Origin: a virus
Virus record (IMG/VR): IMGVR_UViG_3300045988_147264
Location: 34,422 to 98,421 of that record
Strand: one strand, 5' to 3'
Length of the DNA: 64,000 bases
Positions 56,569-64,000 of the stretch are shown here, piece after piece (positions within the stretch are counted from its first letter, which is position 1; each line of letters starts with the position of its first letter). The position numbers and the translations under genes are program-made. Below the pieces are notes generated by a model. That model searched no databases, was not told the DNA's origin, and was given only the letters and a program-made list of their open reading frames with translations.

Positions 56569-57653
56569 CGTTTAAATCAATAAAGAATCTGTCAGTCAAT
56601 ATTACCGAGAGTGAATATCGTAAAATGAACGCGATGCACTACTCGATGTTGTCTCATTTCAGCGAAGGCGGATTTGAATCAATAGACCATCTGGATGATC
56701 CTTTGTCAACTCCAAGTCTTACATTCGGCAAGATGGTTGACTTGATGGTTTCCGATAGATCTTCGTTTAACGATGTGTATGCCATAATTGAAGACAAGGA
56801 TATGCCGTCAGATAAAACAAAGGAAATGATGGACTATCTCGCTGATGTATATGGCCATTGTTATGACAAGTTCGCTGATATTCCAGAAGAATTTATTGAG
56901 AATTCGTGTCAGAAGATTGGCTATCGTAAAACATATCTTCCAAAAACAAGATATTCATCACTTGACAAGTACCGCCAGTATTACGAGTTAATCAATTTCG
57001 CAAGAAAGACGAATAAAACTCTGGTAACACAAAGTGAGCGAAGAGCGGCAATAGCATGCTATAACGCACTTCTTGACAGCAAGGCTACAAAAGAGTTCTT
57101 TAAGGAAGACTTGTTTGAGGCGAACAGGGATATTGAGCGTGTCTATCAGCTGAAATTCGTATCAGATTATGAACATAACGGACATAAGATAACATTCAAA
57201 GTGATGCCGGATCTATTGATAGTTGATCACAAGGCGAAAACGGTGAGAATCATTGACCTCAAGACGTCAAGTTTCAAGGAATATGAGTTTCCATGGGCCT
57301 TTGTTAAGTTCAATTATCAGATTCAGGCCAGACTTTATTATCGTGTGATTCGTGATGTTCTTGCAAGAGACGAATATTTCAAGGACTTTACGTTCTTGCC
57401 GTCTCAGTTTGTTGTCATAAACCGTGACACTCTCAATCCACTTATATGGACGTTTGATTCATTTGACAAAAACGGAACACTGTCTATGGGGAAAACAAGT
57501 ATGCGTGACCCGTATGACATTGCCGAAGAATTGGATACATATCTTCATATGTCTGCTGATGAACGCATAGTTCCTATAGGTGTGTCACTTGAGAGCTCTG
57601 GTAACAGCATTGAAAACTGGTTCAAAAAGGAGGTTGGATATGCTGACGCCTAA
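56562..57653 (+). CDS. PD-(D/E)xK family nuclease
   Basis: Motif DLLIVDHKAKTVRIIDLKT (D...E/D-x-K core). Confidence 0.45.
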   Translation: MVTFKSIKNLSVNITESEYRKMNAMHYSMLSHFSEGGFESIDHLDDPLSTPSLTFGKMVDLMVSDRSSFNDVYAIIEDKDMPSDKTKEMMDYLADVYGHCYDKFADIPEEFIENSCQKIGYRKTYLPKTRYSSLDKYRQYYELINFARKTNKTLVTQSERRAAIACYNALLDSKATKEFFKEDLFEANRDIERVYQLKFVSDYEHNGHKITFKVMPDLLIVDHKAKTVRIIDLKTSSFKEYEFPWAFVKFNYQIQARLYYRVIRDVLARDEYFKDFTFLPSQFVVINRDTLNPLIWTFDSFDKNGTLSMGKTSMRDPYDIAEELDTYLHMSADERIVPIGVSLESSGNSIENWFKKEVGYADA

Positions 57654-58026
57654 GGATACTGGATTCACAGACATACACGGAAATCCAATAAAAACGGGCG
57701 ACTGGTTTATTTTCAAAGGTGGTTTTTACCGCGTGAATGGAACTCCTGAAAAACCGGTTCTCGCAAAATCTGGAAAGTACGGGCATGATGACATTCCCTT
57801 AGAGGATGCGATTGCGAATACGCGAGACCAAATATTCACAATGACGCCAGTGAAATTCAATGGAGTTAAGCGTTGTGCTCAATGCGGAGAATCAAAACCG
57901 TACGACGAGTTCGCGATTAACCTCAGTAGGAAAGATTTACACTTTCCATATTGCCGTAGCTGCGCGAAAATGCGCCAGATGGGTTATCATACTCCTGTCG
58001 AAGAAAAACGCGCTCAGGAGGCCTAA
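57640..58026 (+). CDS. hypothetical protein with C-terminal zinc ribbon (CAQCG...CRSC)
   Basis: ATG at 57640 preceded by AGGAGG. Start trimmed from the listed 57580. Confidence 0.4.
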   Translation: MLTPKDTGFTDIHGNPIKTGDWFIFKGGFYRVNGTPEKPVLAKSGKYGHDDIPLEDAIANTRDQIFTMTPVKFNGVKRCAQCGESKPYDEFAINLSRKDLHFPYCRSCAKMRQMGYHTPVEEKRAQEA

Positions 58027-58076
58027 AAATGGCCTTTAAATCAATATTAACAATTAACAAGTATAGTGTTTGAATT

Positions 58077-58595
58077 GTGAGAGAGAAAATACTTGGAGTA
58101 ATTGCTGTAATTCTCATCATAGTTGTCGTGATTATCATGGCAATTCTATTTTGTGATTTCATATCGAGAAAAATATCAGCAAAGCGACGCAACAAAACAG
58201 CAGTGTCGTTCTTTGAAACATTGAATCTTGTCGGTCTCCCGATAATAACTGTCAATAATAATGGTCACAAACTTAATTTCTTGCTTGATACAGGAAGCAA
58301 TACTTCCTATATTAATGAGGGATGTATTGACATGCTTGATTATAAGAAGACCGATGAGAAAGGTAAGATTGTTGGTATGAACGGTACTGTCTCGGCAGGG
58401 GAGTTTATAGAGATGAATATATCGTATCGAAACAACTCTTTTGAAGAGACATTCCTTACCGCAAACCTCAATGACCTGTTCGCTAAGATTCGTGCGAATA
58501 AGGGCATTGAACTTCATGGCCTGATTGGAGTAAGTTTTTTCGATAGATATCGTTACATTCTTGATTTCAAAGAATATGCGGCATATCAGGGGTAA
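58077..58595 (+). CDS. membrane-anchored retropepsin-like aspartic protease
   Basis: N-terminal TM segment ILGVIAVILIIVVVIIMAILF. Aspartic protease motif FLLDTGSNTSYI (D-T-G-S). Confidence 0.45.
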   Translation: MREKILGVIAVILIIVVVIIMAILFCDFISRKISAKRRNKTAVSFFETLNLVGLPIITVNNNGHKLNFLLDTGSNTSYINEGCIDMLDYKKTDEKGKIVGMNGTVSAGEFIEMNISYRNNSFEETFLTANLNDLFAKIRANKGIELHGLIGVSFFDRYRYILDFKEYAAYQG

Positions 58596-58596
58596 T

Positions 58597-58965
58597 ATGT
58601 CAAAAACATTGACAATGCATGTAAATCATTTGTGTGAGACGTCGTATAAATTGTTCGTTGACGGAATAAATTTCGTTCCCAAAGAAGAAATAAACAATCT
58701 TAAGATTGGCTCAATGGGAAAAGACGGAATTTGTGTCAATTTTGTAAAGGATGACAATAATAACGTGTTCTATGATATAGAGCGTTGGCATTTCGAGCCA
58801 AACTATGCTGGCGAAGACGTTTATGTCAGGGACCCTACGATAAAACACGTCAAGTTGCTTCCGTTCACGTTTGATATATATCAATGGACATTGTTGTTAT
58901 CTTTAATCGATAAGTATGACAGAAGGGATAAGACGGGTGTTGATGAAAAAACGTGTGATAATTGA
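58597..58965 (+). CDS. hypothetical protein (start at first ATG after the upstream stop)
   Basis: ATG 58597 verified. Confidence 0.4.
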   Translation: MSKTLTMHVNHLCETSYKLFVDGINFVPKEEINNLKIGSMGKDGICVNFVKDDNNNVFYDIERWHFEPNYAGEDVYVRDPTIKHVKLLPFTFDIYQWTLLLSLIDKYDRRDKTGVDEKTCDN

Positions 58966-59221
58966 TGACCTTTCTTGTTATTCAAGAAACGATAAGGCAT
59001 ATACACCTTCGTATTCAATAGGAAAAGACAAGGATACGCGTCATTATGAACTCGACAATCACGATGTCGGTGTAGCATATTATGACGGAGAATTGTATTT
59101 TCTCAGGGCATACAACAGGAGATGGGTCATCGAATCCACGATCAAACAGGAACAGGCTATTCATATGTCACACGTTATGTCAAACATGTGTCAATGGTTA
59201 AAAACTAATGGACTACACTAA
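58943..59221 (+). CDS. hypothetical protein
   Basis: ORF. Confidence 0.35.
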   Translation: MKKRVIIDDLSCYSRNDKAYTPSYSIGKDKDTRHYELDNHDVGVAYYDGELYFLRAYNRRWVIESTIKQEQAIHMSHVMSNMCQWLKTNGLH

Positions 59222-59813
59222 ATCTTCTTATGTACAGGAGGCTACAAGGCTCCGTGATCGCATGGATGGAAAAGATCTAACAAAGATATTTTTCACATCT
59301 GATACGCATTTTGGTCACGGAAACATAATAAACTTCTGTAAAAGACCATATGAGAACGTTTCAAAAATGGATAACGCTCTCATAGAAAACTGGAATGCCA
59401 CTGTCGGACCAGCCGATGATATATATCATCTTGGTGACTTCTGTTTTAACGGAATACAACGATGGTGGGAACTGATTGGAGCCCTTAACGGGCGGATACA
59501 TCTTATACTTGGCAATCATGATTTGAAATATATCGATAAAGGTATATTATATATGTTCTGCGAGGTTGAGCACCAAAAAGTGTTATACCTTAACGACAGA
59601 ATGATATATCTTAATCACGTACCTTTCTTGAGTTATGGAGGTGATGAGCGTGGGAACATACAGTTGTACGGTCACGTTCACTCTGGACCAGACTCTACAA
59701 GTCGTGATTTGCCTAGACTCGAAATGTGTTACAAAACTCAATATGATGTCGGTGTTGACAATAACGGATACAAACCGATAAGCTTACACGACATCTTGTG
59801 TAAAATCGAATAA
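59208..59813 (+). CDS. calcineurin-like metallophosphoesterase
   Basis: MPP motifs FFTSDTHFGH (D-x-H), GDFCFNG (GD-x-x), GNHD. Confidence 0.6.
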   Translation: MDYTKSSYVQEATRLRDRMDGKDLTKIFFTSDTHFGHGNIINFCKRPYENVSKMDNALIENWNATVGPADDIYHLGDFCFNGIQRWWELIGALNGRIHLILGNHDLKYIDKGILYMFCEVEHQKVLYLNDRMIYLNHVPFLSYGGDERGNIQLYGHVHSGPDSTSRDLPRLEMCYKTQYDVGVDNNGYKPISLHDILCKIE

Positions 59814-59816
59814 TGG

Positions 59817-60209
59817 TTGGGATATTTTGTTTTATTCTTGTCATTGTTTGCGTTTTTTATCTATTATTGTATAGTTTGGAATCTAAGAATAGGAAATATG
59901 TCTCGTCGAAGAAAAGGAAGGAGAACTTCTGCAACGCATCGTCATCACGAAAATCGTAGAAAGATGTTTATTAAGTATTCAGAGGAATCCAAACAAAAAC
60001 AAAAGCAAATGAATCTGATAACACTCTATACGTGTACGAATGCCAAAATAAATATTAATCCGGCGTACGTGATTAATTGCTTTCAACGTTTCGGTACTGG
60101 TCGTGTCGTGCTTATTTTGTCGAATGGAGATCATTTCGTTCTTGCGGAACACGAAAAATACCGAAGCGTTGTCACGAGAATAAGAAACGCAAATAATTTA
60201 CCATTCTAA
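59817..60209 (+). CDS. hypothetical protein with hydrophobic N-terminus and arginine-rich segment
   Basis: ORF with alternative start at MSRRRKGRR. Confidence 0.35.
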   Translation: MGYFVLFLSLFAFFIYYCIVWNLRIGNMSRRRKGRRTSATHRHHENRRKMFIKYSEESKQKQKQMNLITLYTCTNAKININPAYVINCFQRFGTGRVVLILSNGDHFVLAEHEKYRSVVTRIRNANNLPF

Positions 60210-60213
60210 TAAT

Positions 60214-60510
60214 ATGCCACAAACAGCAAAAGCAATTAGCAAGTATCTGCGTGCGCAGAAATGGTTTCGCGAGTACTTGCATGAAATGTATACAAACAAC
60301 GATGTCACGAACAAAGCAGGTGTCTCAGACTATCTCAATGGAAAGCGCGGAGAATACACCATCTCAGGTGGATTTGACTGGTCGAAGTCGTCCATTGAAG
60401 TCTGGACCAAAAGGAATGACCGGTTCTGGAACTGGTATTGGGAGGAAGACAATGATTCACGAAAACAAAAAACTCGTAGACAGGCTGTGCGAGCAGATCG
60501 ACGACCTTAA
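60214..60510 (+). CDS. hypothetical protein (98 aa)
   Basis: ORF. Confidence 0.4.
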   Translation: MPQTAKAISKYLRAQKWFREYLHEMYTNNDVTNKAGVSDYLNGKRGEYTISGGFDWSKSSIEVWTKRNDRFWNWYWEEDNDSRKQKTRRQAVRADRRP

Positions 60511-60709
60511 GAGGATTGTTGACTTTATTGATGACCACAAAGGAAAATCAATTGGTGTCGGTATGAGCAACACAAGAATCACATTACGTGATATCAGGTG
60601 GGGCGGATATATCAATGCCATCATTGATGATAATGAACTTATCGAAAGGTTTCGTGGGTTTGTATGCAACGAAATAACTTTGCTTGAGAAAAAACTCAAG
60701 GAACTTTAG
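60452..60709 (+). CDS. hypothetical protein (85 aa), overlapping the previous ORF in another frame
   Basis: ATG 60452 preceded by GGGAGG. Only the C-terminal part of the listed 60251 ORF looks protein-like. Confidence 0.35.
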   Translation: MIHENKKLVDRLCEQIDDLKRIVDFIDDHKGKSIGVGMSNTRITLRDIRWGGYINAIIDDNELIERFRGFVCNEITLLEKKLKEL

Positions 60710-60716
60710 TGATATT

Positions 60717-60753
60717 AGAGGCGATGGGCTACGGCTTGTCGCCTCTTTTTTTT
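60717..60753 (+). terminator. rho-independent terminator (AGAGGCGA-loop-TCGCCTCT followed by T8)
   Basis: Seen directly: agaggcgatgggctacggcttgtcgcctctttttttt. Confidence 0.6.
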
Positions 60754-60896
60754 ACCATGATTGGTCGTGACATGTTGTTCGTCAATAATTAAGATTGTTG
60801 CAATGCTGTACGATTGTAGTAATTCATTGGGTCAATTGCGCTTTTTTGATTATCTTTGTCGCATTGTTTAAACAATTTTAATTTATAATATATTAT

Positions 60897-63800
60897 GAGT
60901 GAATTTTGTCCTATTATCAAGAAAGGTGGGGCATTCGATGCGTTCGCAAAGAAATACCACATTTCAGAAGACGAATTAAAGGCCTCAATACGAAAGGTTG
61001 GTATTGACAACCCTAAACTTCAAGAAGTTTCGGAAGATGAGTTGTTGAATTCCCCTGAATTTCGTAAACAGGCATCAAACGACTATTGGATTAATCCTTC
61101 TGGTTGGATTGCGTCTAATAAGGAACATTTTGAAGACGTAAATGCAGAGTTTTCTGACTTCAAGAGAACACTGAGCGACAATGTGCAATGGATTGATGAT
61201 AATACTATTTATTTTAAGCGTGACGAAATCGATCAGGATGACATTGATGACATCGAGTATATTGAGGGAATTATCGGTCATGAAAATGTGTTCAATAGAG
61301 AAACGAATGATGGTGTAGTCATTTCATTTGCTCTTCCAAAAGGATTTCAAAGCGCCTTAGAAAAACGAGTAAAACCGGCTACTGAAAAGAAACAATATGA
61401 TATAAATAATCATATTCAAATTCATAAAGGAAATTGGTCTAGAAAAGAAGCTGAACAAAATCCAAATATTCTTTATATATTTACAGATAATACTGATAGA
61501 GATAGCGGTTCTGGAATTATTCCTAATAATAGTTGGTATTCTGAAAAATATGGTAAGGGACATCACTTCCCTACCACGACAGCTGCTGTTATTAGGGGCT
61601 TGAATAATGCACGACCTGTTAGTACACAAAGGTGGTATCATCAAGGAGCAAAGGGTGCCACTGGCAGATGGACCGATGCCGATATAAATGAGTTTAAGAG
61701 TGTTATTAGAGAGGAGCTACAAGAAATTATTAATGAGTTTAATACCGGAAAGTATGATACTATTATGTTTCCAAATGGTGATGGATTGTTTAATACACGT
61801 ATTTCAAACATCACTAAAGACAGAACTCCACAATTATATCAAGCACTTGGGGAACTTTTACATGAATTTAGTTTTGATAATTTGGTTCCATCTGATATTC
61901 AAATAAATTCAACCATTTCACAAATCAATGAAGATGATTGGAAAGAAGTTCAAGATATATTAAAAAAACTTAAACAAACACTTGGCAAACGTATTCGTAA
62001 GAGCGATAACTTTGAAAAGGATCATACATACTATATATTAAATCCTCAGACGGGTACTTGGGAAAAGGCACAAACAAGCGTATCGGCAATCGCTGAAAAC
62101 GTGTATAAACGTGGTGTTTGGGGACGCTCCGAAGACGATATGGCTTTTGATACAAATCAGCCAGATGAAAACAATCCGGCCATTAGACTTGGCAAGGACT
62201 TTGACAGATTTGCGAGAGACTATTTTTCTAAAAAAGGCGTAAAGCAAGAAAACTTTCCTAACTACTCTAATGAAGAGTTTAATGCCCTTAAGCGTGATTT
62301 TAAGGCGTTTACAGACATGCTTGACGAAAGATTCGGTAAAGATAATTGGAGAATTAATTCAAGCCCTATAACCATTGGAGGAGTGGTTAAACGTGGAAAG
62401 AACAACGTTACTGTAGGAGGAGAACTTGATTTGCTTCTGTACACAAAAGACAAGCGCTTCTATGTCATCGATATGAAGACGTGGAACGCAAACAATAAAG
62501 ATTCTTACTGGAATCAAGCAGCCCTTGGTTATGCAAGACAACAGTCTCTTTACATAGCCTTGATGCAACAGAATCTTGCTGAACTTGATCCGAACAACCC
62601 AAATATGTCAGGTGTAATCGATGGTGCATTTCTTTTGAGGGCGACACAAAACTATCCTCGATACAACGCTAATAAGGAAAAGTACACAATTGACAAGGAT
62701 GGTAAGATATTCATTAAAAACGTTCGTGGAGAATACATTCCTTTAGTTAATTCAAGTGAATATTCTGCTGCAAGACTTGTTCTCGCAAATCAAGATGACG
62801 GTTCGTACTTTATTAATATTGACGACATAGACGGCTCAAAGGAAATGATTGATTCATTCCTGAAGGACATGGATACCGAGTCGGCAAAGGAGTTTCTTGA
62901 AGGTGCTACACAGGAAGATATTGCTGCCGCTTTGAACAGAATTAAAGAACTTAAGAAACAGACCATTCTCGGAGACGATAAAAGAAGCATAGGCTTGTCA
63001 ACAATATTTGATTCTGAGATTGGTATTCTTCCGTCAAAGGTGACGAGAGTTGCCAATAAGATGGCAAAGCTGTTTTCGTTTTATTTGAATTTGTTGCAAA
63101 ATGATCCAGCGGCAAAGACCAAAGGTTATCTAAAGAATCAATACAGTGACGACATTGACTTCTCTAAAATGTCTCGTAAGGATATTCTAATGATTCCGCG
63201 ATTCGCCAGCGATCTTATGTATACATCTGTTAGGCAACATCTGGAGAACGCGCGTGTCATGCTTTCAGATCCAGGACTTATCGCTGAGATGGATTTGTTT
63301 CTCGCCAATTATGATACAATGGTAGAGCTCGCAAGCAAGCAGCTTATTAAGAACGAACATATGTATATTACTGTTGATGGGAAGCTCCTGGAAGAGGAGG
63401 AATCAACAGAGGATGTTGAGGGCAATGATTCGCAGGATAATGGTTCCCCTGAAGCCAACGAGTCTGGTGAAGTTGAGATGATTTATGGCGAAACAAAACT
63501 ACATCAGTCGGCCATCAAAGCGGTATCTCTCGATGTAAAGACGATTCTATCTACAATCCGTGAATCAACTGACGACGGTCAATACTTTGTTGATGAGTAT
63601 GGCTTATGGGATTTCATGGATTACAGTACAGTGGCGTCAAGCATCCTTAAATGGACTCAGGGAACAACGTCAAAATCGGAGTTCTTAGATGCACTTAGGG
63701 AACACGCTAAGTCAACACCTTGGCTAAGGGATGTTCTTGCAATGGTTGACGTTTATGCTCCAAATATAATACCTACAAAGATAACTTATGAACGCTCGTC

Positions 63801-64000
63801 TTCCCTATATAGGAATTTCGCCAAGTCAGAACTACCATTCTATTCATCAAGGCTTGTCCGTGGAAATGATGGCAATCTTGTAATGAAGACCATTATGGAG
63901 AACACTGGTAAGACAGCCAATTATGTTCTTACAAGACTTATGGCTGATTATGAAAAGGGTAACGCTCCAATATTCAAGAATAATAGGCTTGATATTTTTG
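60897..64000 (+). CDS. large multidomain protein, C-terminally truncated by the window (>1030 aa), with an internal PD-(D/E)xK-like motif
   Basis: Open frame from ATG 60897 to the window end. Motif GGELDLLLYTKDKRFYVIDMKTW (E..D...D-x-K). Confidence 0.5.

Noticed and set aside
1-64000. Stop-codon reassignment (TAG or TGA recoding), as in some crAss-like/Lak phages
   Set aside because: All large genes (985, 1138, 921, 810, 746 aa and the >1030-aa ORF) are uninterrupted under the standard code. Coding density is high on both modules, so there is no sign of recoding apart from the ambiguous TCA-loop tRNA-like gene.
1-64000. CRISPR array
   Set aside because: No run of regularly spaced direct repeats of 25-40 nt was found. 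The repeats present are iterons, short inverted repeats and a pentanucleotide microsatellite.

Overview
The window is a segment of a tailed dsDNA phage genome (Caudoviricetes), most likely from a Bacteroidota-infecting phage with crAss-like features: a large TerL and portal, several BACON/Ig-like repeat tail proteins, a tRNA cluster, ThyX and dUTPase. It has three parts. (1) From 1 to 30.2 kb the minus strand carries a tightly packed late module. This includes putative TerS, TerL (Walker A RRGCGKS), an ~810 aa portal, a fibre protein, two BACON-repeat tail proteins (921 and 550 aa), two giant tail proteins (1138 and 985 aa), small Ig-like proteins, a candidate lysis cassette, a GroES-like co-chaperonin, an HExxH protein, a DEDD exonuclease and two minus-strand tRNAs. 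No major capsid protein is recognisable in the window. (2) From 30.2 to 34.7 kb there is a largely non-coding hub. It holds a GC-rich island of foreign composition with one ORF of foreign codon usage, iteron-like direct repeats and inverted repeats (putative origin), and a plus-strand tRNA cluster. Several tRNA genes in this cluster appear to carry insertions in the anticodon arm. (3) From 34.7 to 64 kb the plus strand carries an early/replication and auxiliary-metabolism module. It encodes an Rnl2-like RNA ligase, ThyX, dUTPase, a DnaB-like helicase, an AAA ATPase, an SSB-like protein, a Toprim primase and a PD-(D/E)xK nuclease. It also encodes a membrane retropepsin-like protease, a metallophosphoesterase, and a large C-terminally truncated multidomain ORF. 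The most striking feature of this module is a five-gene block at 49.5-55.7 kb of amide-bond-forming and glutamine-utilising enzymes: a RimK-like ATP-grasp, a class-I GATase, two GS-like amidoligase paralogs and a class-II Ntn GATase. All calls rest on reading motifs by eye. No database search was possible.
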